A stretch of DNA of 33,480 nt from Desulfobacteraceae bacterium (GCA_013202725.1 JABMRH010000192.1:1-33480), one strand, 5' to 3'. Shown: positions 10,653 to 20,272, counted from the first letter of the stretch. A program made the numbers and translations. The notes: generated from the letters alone by a model not told the origin.

Positions 10653-13283
10653 CTATCCACCTGGTTGTGGAAACCAGAAGCTGATGTCTTTCAGTAATTT
10701 TTCCTTGTAATAAGCTACTCTGGCAGGGTTGCCCATTATCATATCAAGTTGCCTTGTATGCATTGTAAGATATCCAAGTATCTTAAGACGGTTTATTGTA
10801 GAAAATTTATCATATCCCTCGATATTGGCATTCATATAATCTTCATTGATTTCAACCTGAAAATCATGTCTGGCTAAGATTTCTTCTATAAGCTTCATCC
10901 TGCGGAATTTTCTGTTATGATCTGCCGCACCACCCTTAAAACAAAACCTTATGTAATTTTCTCTGGACTTATCGCTGACAAAGGTCTGTACAATCAAATA
11001 ATGATAGCCAAATCGGCAACTGAGATTGCAAAAGTTTTTTGAAATAATAGCGCAGTTGTTCTGCGTATAACTGGACTGACTCGATGCGCATAGATCACGA
11101 TTCATGGTAGATTCAACCATGATGGACATAAACCCTCTGGTATCTATCGGAGGGGGGCCATCCCATTCTACCGCTGTCATTCCCTCCCAGAGGGCTAACA
11201 TTGGGGCCGACGCTATATTTTCGAGTCTTACATTATCTTTTCCCTTCGATCCTTTTAAGCCATCGCCCAAGTCAACAATCAACCACTGTGTCGGCACATC
11301 ATTTATAACCAGTCTTTCCCCCGCGCTGATTTTCCTGTTGTTTTTGCCGGAATCAAACATTTCTTTTACAGCCTTTTCATGGCAAAATCGGGTGATATCA
11401 TGATATGTGTGGCAGCCATCAGGCGTAAAATTATCACCTTTTGGATCAATAAGATTTAGCGGGGTGATATGCTTTAGTATTCTTTTAAGCGTTATATAAA
11501 CAGGGCTCCCTTTAATTGTACTGATGCCTCGCGCAGAAGACTCTCTTAATAATGCCTCTGCTTTTCCCTCATAGACTTTCCGTGCATAGGTATCAACTGT
11601 GATTATGTTTTCATTTTTAATTCTGTCTGTAGCTACGAGAGTATCAAAAAGCGCCGGGATACCGAATTCTCTTGAAACTGTGGCAAGATGCCCTGCAATT
11701 CCTCCACGGTCGGTTACAACGGCAGCAGCCCGGTTTAATAGTGCAGCCCACCGGGGTAAAGAGTTTTTTGCTACTAAAACAGCCCCTTTAGGAAATTGTT
11801 TTGTTTCATCTGCTGAGGTGAGTATAAATGCAGGGCCGCAGGCTACACCGGGGCTGGCTGCAATACCTCCATTTAGTATTATTTTGTTTTGAACTTTTAT
11901 GTTGAAGGTATTTTTAATATTGCTATCTTCTTTATCTAACTGTTTCAAGGGACGGCTTTGCAGTATTTTGACTGAACCATCTTTTCCTATAGCCCATTCA
12001 ATGTCTTGAGGCATTTTAAAGTGATTCTCAAGAATAACGGCTATCTTTGATAGAGAGAGGGATTGATAATCTGTGATTGCCGGCTTATCCTGTTCTTCTC
12101 TATCTAATTCAATAAAATGTAATTCTTTATTTGAAAATGATAAAATTTTCTGATTTTTAACATGAATTTCTTTTTTAACAAGTCGAATCGTATTTCCCTT
12201 GGAGGTTACAAACAAATCAGGTGATGTGCTGCCCTCAACCACTGATTTTCCCAATCCAGGCACTGCATTTATAAATATCAGGTCATTGTGAATATCTCCC
12301 GGGTCTTTCGAATACATAACTCCGCTGGAAACAGATTCAACCATGGCCATGCATCCGACGCACATAACAATATCTTCGTCACGAAAGCCCTTGTTAAAGC
12401 GATATATAATAGCCTGAGGAGAATACTTGCCGGCAAGAATTATTTTATATGAGTTAATCAGTGTGTTATAACTGACATTCAGTTCTGTGTGGTATTGACC
12501 TGCAAAAGAGGAGTCCTGACTATCTTCACCTAAGGCGCTGCTGCGCATAGAAACTTTTACACCTTTTTCTGTTTTTTCTTCCAGACGTCTGTATTCTTCA
12601 AGTATTGCTCTTTCAAGTTCTGGAGGAATGGGTGATTGCATGATAAGTTTTTGTATATTTGAACTGGCCATTTCCAGCATTTTTATGTCTTCAATATCAA
12701 CAGATTGGAGCTGCTGGTTGATATTTTTTTGAAGGACGCTATGATCTATGAATAGATTATATGCAGTGGCAGTAACAACAAAACCATGCGGAACATTAAG
12801 ATCTGTCATGTTCATAATTTCGCCTAAATTAGCCATTTTGCTGCCGGTGTGGTTTGAGCTGTCTTTATTTATCTCTTCAATTGACAGTACCAGCTCACCC
12901 TCAATTGATTTTCCCCTCTCCTCCAGTGTTTGATTTATTTTATATTGAATATCAGCAAAAGCATGATAGAGCGTTTCATAACGATGGTCGGAAATATCGT
13001 TCATTTTTTCAATTAGTTTATATATATTTACTGAGATGGATGTGCAGTTCGCACGAATGAATTCCATGCCGAATCTTTGATTCCCACGCAAAGCAAGTTC
13101 CATTTCCGACATGATCTCAAGGATTGTGTTATTAATGCTTAGAAGACTTTTAAAGTTCCAGTACTTTGTTTTGAAGAGGGAACGTATGACATCGTCGTGC
13201 GATTTTTCGGAAGTTGGGCTTTTTTGCTTTTTACCCCAAAATATTTTTTTTATTGCCTGCCTTAATCCAAACATAATTAACAA
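10653..13283 (-). CDS. PEP-utilising enzyme family protein. ATP-grasp PPDK_N-type domain plus swivelling phospho-His domain, with a non-canonical C-terminal domain
   Basis: 876 aa. Contains GSKMANLGEI, VSMRSSALGEDSQDSSFAGQYHTELNV, DIEWAI..ILQSRP and the mobile-domain motif TDRGGIAGHLATVSREFGIPA. No GTNDL-type TIM-barrel signature is recognisable in the last ~290 aa. Confidence 0.85.
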   Translation of the reverse strand: MLIMFGLRQAIKKIFWGKKQKSPTSEKSHDDVIRSLFKTKYWNFKSLLSINNTILEIMSEMELALRGNQRFGMEFIRANCTSISVNIYKLIEKMNDISDHRYETLYHAFADIQYKINQTLEERGKSIEGELVLSIEEINKDSSNHTGSKMANLGEIMNMTDLNVPHGFVVTATAYNLFIDHSVLQKNINQQLQSVDIEDIKMLEMASSNIQKLIMQSPIPPELERAILEEYRRLEEKTEKGVKVSMRSSALGEDSQDSSFAGQYHTELNVSYNTLINSYKIILAGKYSPQAIIYRFNKGFRDEDIVMCVGCMAMVESVSSGVMYSKDPGDIHNDLIFINAVPGLGKSVVEGSTSPDLFVTSKGNTIRLVKKEIHVKNQKILSFSNKELHFIELDREEQDKPAITDYQSLSLSKIAVILENHFKMPQDIEWAIGKDGSVKILQSRPLKQLDKEDSNIKNTFNIKVQNKIILNGGIAASPGVACGPAFILTSADETKQFPKGAVLVAKNSLPRWAALLNRAAAVVTDRGGIAGHLATVSREFGIPALFDTLVATDRIKNENIITVDTYARKVYEGKAEALLRESSARGISTIKGSPVYITLKRILKHITPLNLIDPKGDNFTPDGCHTYHDITRFCHEKAVKEMFDSGKNNRKISAGERLVINDVPTQWLIVDLGDGLKGSKGKDNVRLENIASAPMLALWEGMTAVEWDGPPPIDTRGFMSIMVESTMNRDLCASSQSSYTQNNCAIISKNFCNLSCRFGYHYLIVQTFVSDKSRENYIRFCFKGGAADHNRKFRRMKLIEEILARHDFQVEINEDYMNANIEGYDKFSTINRLKILGYLTMHTRQLDMIMGNPARVAYYKEKLLKDISFWFPQPGG

Positions 13284-13440
13284 TTTAGCATATTAATCGT
13301 AAATAGTCAAAGTTCCATGGTTCACGGACTTATCAACTATCTCAAGCAATATGAAAAATGTTACCCCGCCGCAGGCGAAACAACAGTGAGCCATAACCGG
13401 TGTTTGTGTTTGTACTCTTAGAGGAATATTGGCGGGATAT

Positions 13441-13469
13441 TTGTTTTTAATTGACAGTATCGTTATAAT
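13441..13469 (+). promoter_or_regulatory. Candidate sigma70-type promoter (TTGTTT-N17-TATAAT)
   Basis: Consensus -10 TATAAT at 13464-13469 with TTGTTT 17 nt upstream, about 45 nt before the response-regulator start. Motif match only. Confidence 0.3.
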
Positions 13470-13512
13470 TTGATTAGCTTTTTTTTTATGAATTTATAAT
13501 CAGGAGTGGACA

Positions 13513-13944
13513 ATGAAGCACAAGATATTACTTGTTGATGATGAAGAAATAATGCTTAAGTACCTTTCAAGATTCTTGATAAAAAAGGATTTTGATATCA
13601 GTACGGCAATGAACGGCAATGAAGCCCTGGAAATAATTAAGAAACAGGATTTTATTGTAGTGCTGCTTGATGTACTGATGCCGGGAATGGATGGTATAGA
13701 AACCCTCAGAGAAATAAAGAAAATCAAGCCAATGACAGAGGTAATAATGCTTACCGGCCATGCCTCAGTTCAAGTCGCCATCAAAGGTATGAAGTTGGGG
13801 GCTTTTGACTATCTTATGAAGCCTTTTAATCAAGATGAACTTATTGAAAAGTTGCGGTTGGCTTGCGAAAAAAGAATATTTAATGAAAAAGGCATAGACG
13901 CTGTCGATATACCGGAAATGATATCGAATAATAAGATAAAATAA
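13513..13944 (+). CDS. Single-domain (CheY-like) response regulator receiver protein
   Basis: 143 aa. Contains ILLVDDEE, VLLDVLMPGMDG (phospho-acceptor Asp), MLTGH and KP. No output domain. Confidence 0.9.
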   Translation: MKHKILLVDDEEIMLKYLSRFLIKKDFDISTAMNGNEALEIIKKQDFIVVLLDVLMPGMDGIETLREIKKIKPMTEVIMLTGHASVQVAIKGMKLGAFDYLMKPFNQDELIEKLRLACEKRIFNEKGIDAVDIPEMISNNKIK

Positions 13945-14330
13945 AAACTCGTCTTTTTTACATGTTAAATAATATTTTTCCCTTCCGGGTATTTTCCTTT
14001 CCGGGCGCAACGTTAATTCCAAAATGAAACATAGTCCCAAAATAAAACACAATTCCAAGTATCTGCCCAAATAAGACTCGGATTAGGCTGAAATATAATT
14101 AATGCATTTTAAAAAGTTTCACATTGAAACATTGATCAATTGCTTCTAAACGCCCTTAAAAATATAACTATTTATAATTATTGAATAAATGCATCCGGCA
14201 TATTTTTTGAATATAGATTTAATAAAGAAAAATATATCTTTGCTGGTTCAGATGACGTCATGCCGTATATTGACTGTAAAGGAAAAAGAGAAAGAAAATT
14301 AAATGTGACAAAAAAGGAGATTGAGTATTT

Positions 14331-16145
14331 ATGGGAGCTAATGCGTTAACAACAGAAATGATTTTAGTTATGTTTATGATTGGAGTGGCGGTATTCCTTT
14401 TTATTGTCGAATGGATTCGCGTTGATATGGTAGCTATACTAATGACGATTACACTTCCTTTGCTTCATTTAGTTACACCTAAAGAGGCGTTTTCCGGTTT
14501 TAGCAGCAACGCAGTTATTTCCATCATTGCAGTTATTATCATAGGCGCCGGCCTTGACAAAACCGGTGTTATAAACAGAGTGGTTAAGCCTGTTATGAAA
14601 ATAGCCGGCAACAGCTCATCGCGTATTATTATAGCAATGGGCGCCACTGTAGCTGGAATTTCAAGTTTTATGCAGAACATCGGAGCTGCGGCTCTTTTTC
14701 TTCCCGCTATTAAGCGCGTGAGTAAATCAATGAACATATCGCTTTCCCAGATGCTCATGCCTATTGGTTTTTGCGCAATTCTGGGGGGAACTATCACCCT
14801 GGTTGGATGCAGTCCGTTGATTCTTCTCAACGATTTACTGGCGCCCTTTAATCTTAAGCCCTTCGGACTTTTTGATGTGTCGCCTATCGGCCTGGCGCTG
14901 GTCGGGTCAGGAATTGCATTCTTCATCCTTTTCGGGCGGTTTGTGCTGCCTAAAGGAAAAGTTGGTGATGGTGTTTCTTCTGATAAATCTATAGGTTTAG
15001 AAAGTTCCTACGAAGATATTGGTGATGCTTTTGAATTAAAAGTGCCTGGTGATTTCACCGATTTCAGGGACCCGCTGACTATTAAAGATATCAGAGAAAA
15101 ATATTTGGTGAATGTGGTTGCAATTGCCGGAAGGGACGGTTTTAAGGTCCTTTCCGCTGCCCCGGACACGGAGATAAGGTCTGACAGCGATATAGCGGTT
15201 TATGGGCTGAAGCAAAATGCCGAAAAAATGGCTAAAGAACTGGGCATGCAAATTAAAAGCTCATTAGATGTATTTCAGAATGAAATGTCAGAAGCTGTAT
15301 CCGGAACAATTGAGGCGGTTGTTGCCCCACGTTCCGATCTAATCGGCAAAACCCTCAGAAAAGCCCACTTCTGGGAACAATTTCAGGTGAATCCCCTGGC
15401 GATTTACCGCTCAGACAAAGCTTTTTATTCCGGACTGTCAGATTTTGTATTACGCTCAGGTGATTCAATACTGCTTCAAGGCACCTGGGAACGGTTTAAT
15501 ATTTTACAGGAAAGACATAATTTTATTTTTACGACTCCGGTAAGTGAAGTTCTTAAACCAGAGAAGGCTTTAATATCTGGTTTTTGGCTGGCGGTAGCTC
15601 TTGTAATGATAATTATATTCAAAATTCAGTTGTCTGTATGCCTTATGACCGGAGCCTTTGGAATGATTGTTTGCCGAGTTCTGACGATTGACGAAGCATA
15701 CAAATCTGTTGACTGGCGAACGATTTTTCTTTTGGCCGGCCTGATACCCCTTGGCATTGCAACCGAGAAGACCGGTACTGCAGCATGGATTGCTTACACT
15801 ATTCTTAATTTAATAGGAGATGTTTCTCCTATTGTGCTTCTGACAGCGATAGCAGTACTTTCCACTTTTTTTACTCTCGTTATTTCGAACGTGGGCGCCA
15901 CAGTACTTCTTGTACCGCTTGTGGTTAATATGGCTATGGCTGCGGGCACAGATCCCAGGATGGCTGCACTTGTGGTAGGCCTGGCGACTTCAAATTCGTT
16001 TATGCTGCCGACACATCAGGTTAATGCGCTTTATATGGGGCCCGGCAGGTATAGGAGTGTAGATTTTATAAAAGCCGGCGGGATTATGACTGTATTATTT
16101 ATAGTAGTATTAATCGGCATGCTTTATTTATTTTACGGCGTTTAA
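14331..16145 (+). CDS. SLC13/DASS-related anion permease with two central TrkA-C (RCK-C) domains
   Basis: 604 aa. Two multi-TM halves flank a ~200-aa soluble insert with a duplicated TrkA-C-like pattern (LVNVVAIAGRDG.., VAPRSDLIGKTLRKAHFWEQFQVNPLAIYR). Confidence 0.8.
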   Translation: MGANALTTEMILVMFMIGVAVFLFIVEWIRVDMVAILMTITLPLLHLVTPKEAFSGFSSNAVISIIAVIIIGAGLDKTGVINRVVKPVMKIAGNSSSRIIIAMGATVAGISSFMQNIGAAALFLPAIKRVSKSMNISLSQMLMPIGFCAILGGTITLVGCSPLILLNDLLAPFNLKPFGLFDVSPIGLALVGSGIAFFILFGRFVLPKGKVGDGVSSDKSIGLESSYEDIGDAFELKVPGDFTDFRDPLTIKDIREKYLVNVVAIAGRDGFKVLSAAPDTEIRSDSDIAVYGLKQNAEKMAKELGMQIKSSLDVFQNEMSEAVSGTIEAVVAPRSDLIGKTLRKAHFWEQFQVNPLAIYRSDKAFYSGLSDFVLRSGDSILLQGTWERFNILQERHNFIFTTPVSEVLKPEKALISGFWLAVALVMIIIFKIQLSVCLMTGAFGMIVCRVLTIDEAYKSVDWRTIFLLAGLIPLGIATEKTGTAAWIAYTILNLIGDVSPIVLLTAIAVLSTFFTLVISNVGATVLLVPLVVNMAMAAGTDPRMAALVVGLATSNSFMLPTHQVNALYMGPGRYRSVDFIKAGGIMTVLFIVVLIGMLYLFYGV

Positions 16146-16201
16146 TCAGGTCATGGGAAATATATAAAAAACTTTAAAACATATTTTGAGGAGGGGCAAA
16201 A

Positions 16202-17035
16202 GTGTCCATTATAACTATTACCGCAGGTTCTTACAGCAATGGAAGGCAAATAGCCAAAAGCGCTGCCAAAAGATTGAATTACGAGTACATAGATAGTGAA
16301 AATATTTCATCACTGGTTTCCAAGGAATTCGGTGTTCCTGAATCAAATATTATGAGAGCTCTTAAAGAAACACCATCAAGCGTTGGTATGTTTTCTAAGG
16401 CTAAGCCCGAATACATAATATTTATTGAGACTTTGATCGCAGAATATTTGTTAAAAAATAATATAGTATATTATGGAGTCGTCGTACTTCCACTTATCCA
16501 GGAGGTTTCCCATGTTCTCAAAGTTCAGATTATCGCTGATTTAGAGAGCAGAATAAAAAATAGAATGAAGCTGGATAATGTATCTCAGGACAAGGCATGT
16601 AAAACACTTGTCAAGGAAGATAATCAGCAAAAGAAATGGGCTGAAGCTGTTTACAATATAGACCTTACAGATCCGAACTTATATGATCTGGTAATAAATA
16701 TCGGACATATACAGGATGATGATGTGGAAGGTGCTCTGGAGACCATTATTGGTACTGTAAAACACAAAAAATTTCAGCCCATGACATATTCATTAAGATG
16801 CATGAAAAATGTTGCGATGTCATGTCGTGTTAGGGCGACTCTGGCTGATATAGATTCAAAAATGCAGGTAAAATCCGATGAAGGAACCGTATATACATAT
16901 ACCAAAGCAATAAAGAAAAAGGCGCAGGATAAGGTATTAGAAATGAAACAAAAGGTAATGAGAATCGAAGGGGTCAAACACATTGAAGTTTTTATAGATT
17001 ATGATTTATTTACAACGGTTGCCCATGGGCAGTAA
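16202..17035 (+). CDS. Cytidylate-kinase-like family protein (degenerate P-loop) with C-terminal extension
   Basis: 277 aa, GTG start after a GAGGAGGGG SD. The N-terminus ITITAGSYSNGRQIAKSAAKRLNYEYID resembles the cytidylate_kin2-type family. Function unknown. Confidence 0.55.
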   Translation: MSIITITAGSYSNGRQIAKSAAKRLNYEYIDSENISSLVSKEFGVPESNIMRALKETPSSVGMFSKAKPEYIIFIETLIAEYLLKNNIVYYGVVVLPLIQEVSHVLKVQIIADLESRIKNRMKLDNVSQDKACKTLVKEDNQQKKWAEAVYNIDLTDPNLYDLVINIGHIQDDDVEGALETIIGTVKHKKFQPMTYSLRCMKNVAMSCRVRATLADIDSKMQVKSDEGTVYTYTKAIKKKAQDKVLEMKQKVMRIEGVKHIEVFIDYDLFTTVAHGQ

Positions 17036-17065
17036 TCTATTTTAAGATATATGGAGGGTAAAAAA

Positions 17066-17464
17066 ATGAAAGAAAATTTAGAGATCCTGTTACTGGATGA
17101 TGAAGCTATAGTTGGAAACAGGTTGGGACCTGCGATTGAAAAAGTTGGTTATGATGTAGAAGTATTTGAAGATCCCAAAAAAGCTCTAAACAGGATCAAT
17201 GAAAAGGAGTTTGATATTGTTGTTACCGATATAATGATGGGTGATGTTAACGGTATACAGATTCTGGAAGAAGTGCGAAAAAAATCAGACAAAACCAAAG
17301 TTATTATTATTACAGGCTATGCAACAGTAACTCTGGCTCGTGAAGCAATGGACAAAGGCGCTTTTGATATGATTGCCAAGCCATTCACGCCTGATGATCT
17401 TCGTTCTGTAATAGCAAAAGCAGCTGATTCACTTGGCTATAAAAAAATTATAGCAAAAGCATAA
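17066..17464 (+). CDS. Single-domain response regulator receiver protein
   Basis: Contains ILLLDDEAIV, VVTDIMMGDVNG, IITGY and KPF. The start is moved from 17051 to the ATG at 17066, which has a GGAGGG SD 7 nt upstream. Confidence 0.88.
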   Translation: MKENLEILLLDDEAIVGNRLGPAIEKVGYDVEVFEDPKKALNRINEKEFDIVVTDIMMGDVNGIQILEEVRKKSDKTKVIIITGYATVTLAREAMDKGAFDMIAKPFTPDDLRSVIAKAADSLGYKKIIAKA

Positions 17465-17568
17465 AAATTGCTGGAATGGAAAAATCTATTGCTTGATATT
17501 TCAAGATTATCGTGAAATATATTAAATTTTAAATTCTGATTAATATAAAAATCGATTAGATACATGTT

Positions 17569-19104
17569 ATGACAAATTCTCTTGAATTTAAATCCAGCTT
17601 TATAAACAATTCAGAAAAAAAACCTGCACTCGATACCGAAGGGCGGAACCTGCTTGCACGGCCACGTTTTAGCCTTCGGCTACATATATTGCTGTTGTTT
17701 ATTCTTTTCTCCTTTTTGTCGATGGCTATTATTATTGGTTCCGTTATAGTCATAAACTGTATACAAAAAAAGATTTCCTTCGTTCAAACCACTGAAAGAT
17801 ATCTTTTTTATATAGAGCAAGCCAGAAGGTGGGAAAAAAACTATTTTCTGTATGATACAAATCTCGAAGACGCAATTCAGATCACCGGTAATGCAAAAAC
17901 TCTTTTATCCCAAAACCTGAAAAAGCTCATGACTGTTTTATCAGCAGAAGAGACAGCAAACATGATTGAGAACCTTGAGAAATACAGGAGCCTTCTGCAA
18001 GAGCTAACGGTGTTAAAAAAAAATGGGATTGTGAATGCTGGAAAAAAACACAAGATCGAAACTTCCTTGCGAAAACACGGCGCTGAGATGGTTAAAGTAG
18101 CGGCTGCTCTGGTTTATAAGGAACAGAATTCCATGAATGCTATGCTCCGCCTTATTCAGAGGATACCTATTTACTGTTTTGCAGTTGTTTTGTTGTTAAC
18201 AATTTTTTTGGTACATTTTCTTTCAAAAAGGTTGATAAAGCCATTTAATCTCCTTATTGAAAGCACTCAAAGAATAGCAAAAGGAGACTTTTCTCTGGTT
18301 CCGCCAATATGCAGATACCGTGGTGAATTTACAGCAGTGGAGGTGGCTATCAACCAAATGCTTAAAGAGCTTAAATCACATGAATTAACGATGGTGGAGT
18401 CACACAAACTTAGAGCAGTCGGAACTTTAACAGCCGGTGTGGCTCACGAATTGAACAATCCGCTAAACAATATAATGCTCACAGCACATGCCATGCTTGA
18501 GGATCATAATGGCCTGTCTGAAGATGAGCTGCTTGAAATGATAAACGATCTCATTAACGAAGCAGACAGGTCTCGCAGCATAGTGCGCAATCTGCTGGAT
18601 TTTGCAAGAGAAAGCGAGTCTGTCTCCGAACCTCTTGATCTGGGAATGCTGGTTAGCGAAACAATTAAATTAACGCTGAATCAAGCTAAAGTATCCGGAG
18701 TGAAAATAGAAACTCAAATTCAGCCCGACCTTCCTCGTATACGCGGGGATAAACAGCAATTGAAGCAGGTTTTTTTAAACCTGATTCTTAATGCCTTAGA
18801 TGCTGTCGAAAAAGGGGGAAATATTAAAATAAATCTTAAAAAAGCCGATAGTCCTGGATTTTTGGCTGTTCAGGTAGAAGACAATGGCTGCGGAATACCC
18901 TCTCATATTTTGCCTAATATATTTGATCCGTTTTTCACTACAAAAGGGTCGGGAAAGGGCACTGGACTGGGTCTTTCTGTTTCACATGGAATCATTACAA
19001 TGCACGGTGGACAGATCAATCTTGAAACCGAAGAAGGAAAATATACAAGATTTACCGTAATTCTCCCCTCTAGAAACATTCCTGCGGATTTTAATAAAAC
19101 CTAA
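17569..19104 (+). CDS. Sensor histidine kinase (two TM helices, periplasmic loop, HAMP, HisKA, HATPase_c)
   Basis: 511 aa. H-box AHELNNPLNNI, N-box LNLILNALDA, G1 DNGCGI, G2 GTGLGLS. Confidence 0.9.
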   Translation: MTNSLEFKSSFINNSEKKPALDTEGRNLLARPRFSLRLHILLLFILFSFLSMAIIIGSVIVINCIQKKISFVQTTERYLFYIEQARRWEKNYFLYDTNLEDAIQITGNAKTLLSQNLKKLMTVLSAEETANMIENLEKYRSLLQELTVLKKNGIVNAGKKHKIETSLRKHGAEMVKVAAALVYKEQNSMNAMLRLIQRIPIYCFAVVLLLTIFLVHFLSKRLIKPFNLLIESTQRIAKGDFSLVPPICRYRGEFTAVEVAINQMLKELKSHELTMVESHKLRAVGTLTAGVAHELNNPLNNIMLTAHAMLEDHNGLSEDELLEMINDLINEADRSRSIVRNLLDFARESESVSEPLDLGMLVSETIKLTLNQAKVSGVKIETQIQPDLPRIRGDKQQLKQVFLNLILNALDAVEKGGNIKINLKKADSPGFLAVQVEDNGCGIPSHILPNIFDPFFTTKGSGKGTGLGLSVSHGIITMHGGQINLETEEGKYTRFTVILPSRNIPADFNKT

Positions 19105-19136
19105 GATAATAAAAGCAAATTGCTGCTGGAGAAAAT

Positions 19137-19355
19137 TTGTCGTTGAAAAAAAACGATGAAAACATATTGATACGTATTGCGATTATTGAGAACAAAGATT
19201 TGCTTCCTCTTTATGAAGAAGAAAAAGCTCATATAATCAGGGTGCTTGAGGCCACTAATTATAATAAGGTAAGGGCTTTAAAAATTCTTGATATCCCAAG
19301 AACGACTCTATGGAGAAAGATAAAAAAATATGATATTATAGAATCTTTGGGATAA
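19137..19355 (+). CDS. Stand-alone Fis-type (HTH_8) DNA-binding protein
   Basis: 72 aa. TTG start 5 nt after a GGAG SD. EEEKAHIIRVLEATNYNKVRALKILDIPRTTLWRKIKKYDI resembles the C-terminal HTH of NtrC-family activators. Confidence 0.6.
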   Translation: MSLKKNDENILIRIAIIENKDLLPLYEEEKAHIIRVLEATNYNKVRALKILDIPRTTLWRKIKKYDIIESLG

Positions 19356-19452
19356 TGCCGGTATATTTACAAGAAATTAACCAGCATTTCATAAAAATTC
19401 TTTTCGCTTATCTGCATAAATTTTCTTCTGTAATCCAACCCAGCCATTTTCG

Positions 19453-19494
19453 AAATGGCAAACATTTATCCGTTTTGGCAAAATCTTGCCGAAA
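19453..19494 (+). promoter_or_regulatory. Upstream activator sequence, module A (half-site plus 8-6-8 palindrome)
   Basis: AAATGGCAAACATTTATCCG TTTTGGCA AAATCT TGCCGAAA. Near-identical blocks occur at 29596-29637 (minus strand) and 32582-32623. GGCA cores are 20 nt apart. Confidence 0.6.
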
Positions 19495-19543
19495 TCGAAT
19501 CCCTGAAATTATTCTCATGCAGAGAATGCAGATCTTTAAATCT

Positions 19544-19563
19544 TTATATATCAATAGGTTGCA
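19544..19563 (+). promoter_or_regulatory. IHF-like box, module A
   Basis: TTATATATCAATAGGTTGCA contains TATCAATAGGTTG, matching WATCAA-N4-TTR. The 20-mer is identical to 29527-29546 on the minus strand and lies at the same offset from the palindrome. Confidence 0.45.
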
Positions 19564-19590
19564 TTTGATTAATATAATTTTTTTGTTATT

Positions 19591-19606
19591 TGGTATGAAC
19601 ATTGCT
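19591..19606 (+). promoter_or_regulatory. Sigma54 (-24/-12) promoter, module A, for the CBS-DASS operon
   Basis: TGGTATGAACATTGCT has GG-N10-GC spacing and a TTGCT -12 box. It lies about 130 nt upstream of the CBS gene. Confidence 0.65.
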
Positions 19607-19735
19607 CTATTGCTCTGTGTTCAGGATAAGATAGGAAGCTTCAATTTATATTAATTTAATAACTTGATCTTATATAATTCAACAACATTATTCAAATTTA
19701 TTGCAAAGATTTTAATAAGATAGAGGGAGGTGTGC

Positions 19736-20260
19736 ATGACAAATACAAAAAAGGTGAAGGAACTCATGGTTAAGATAACCGATTATCCGCACATTCCTTA
19801 TTGGATGAGCATTCGGGATGCGATTGCCATGATGCACAGCGTTTATGACAAAGAATCAGGCCTGGGCGAAAATCGTATGGTTCTGGTTTTTGATGAAAGT
19901 TATCAGCTTATGGGTGTCTTAAGGCTAAGAAACCTGCTCATCGGCATAGAACCTAAATTTCTCAGGAAGGACGAAAAATCGCCTTACCAGGGCCTTAAAC
20001 ATGCTGATTATGCAGGTTTATCTGCACTTGTTGAAGGAACCTTTACGTCAAAATGTAAAGAAGAAGCAGCAAAACCTGTTAGCGAAGTCTTAACACCCAT
20101 AATAGCGACAGTTGATGCAAATGATTCTGTTTCAAAGGCGGCTTTTATAATGCTCCAGGCAGACATCAACCTGGTGCCCGTGATGGATGGTGACAAGGTG
20201 GCAGGTGTCTTACGCATGAGCGATGTCTTTAATGAACTTACTAAAATTGTAATAGAATAA
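19736..20260 (+). CDS. Stand-alone CBS-pair domain protein
   Basis: About 174 aa. Two CBS-like repeats (VKELMVKI...IRDAIAMM and VSEVLTPIIATVDANDSVSKAAFIMLQADINLVPVMDGDKVAGVLRMSDV). The ATG at 19736 is preferred over the GTG at 19730 because a GAGGGAGG SD lies 5 nt upstream. Confidence 0.8.
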   Translation: MTNTKKVKELMVKITDYPHIPYWMSIRDAIAMMHSVYDKESGLGENRMVLVFDESYQLMGVLRLRNLLIGIEPKFLRKDEKSPYQGLKHADYAGLSALVEGTFTSKCKEEAAKPVSEVLTPIIATVDANDSVSKAAFIMLQADINLVPVMDGDKVAGVLRMSDVFNELTKIVIE

Positions 20261-20272
20261 GGGAGGTGAACT

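Noticed and set aside
14252-14261. A perfect 10-bp palindrome, ATGACGTCAT, about 70 nt upstream of the SLC13/TrkA-C permease. The nearby ATTGATCAAT (approximately 14130-14139) was noted as well.
   Set aside because: Short palindromes in AT-rich intergenic DNA arise easily by chance. There is no second copy or known cognate regulator in the window, so this is noted only as a possible operator.
17477-17493. TGGAAAAATCTATTGCT upstream of the histidine kinase gene resembles a sigma54 promoter.
   Set aside because: The spacing is GG-N11-GC, one nt too long, and no UAS or IHF module accompanies it.
19476-19490. The TGGCA...TTGCC cores inside the three palindromes (19473-19494, 29596-29617, 32602-32623) look like sigma54 -24/-12 boxes.
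   Set aside because: The spacing is GG-N9-GC, not the strict GG-N10-GC. The sites are perfect or near-perfect 8-6-8 inverted repeats, and each is followed about 117 nt later by a properly spaced TGGTAT-N5-TTGCT. They fit activator-binding sites better than promoters.
19355-19654. A 99-aa ORF downstream of the HTH gene.
   Set aside because: It is AT-rich and low-complexity with no SD. It exactly covers the UAS, IHF box and sigma54 promoter of module A, so it is most likely non-coding regulatory DNA.
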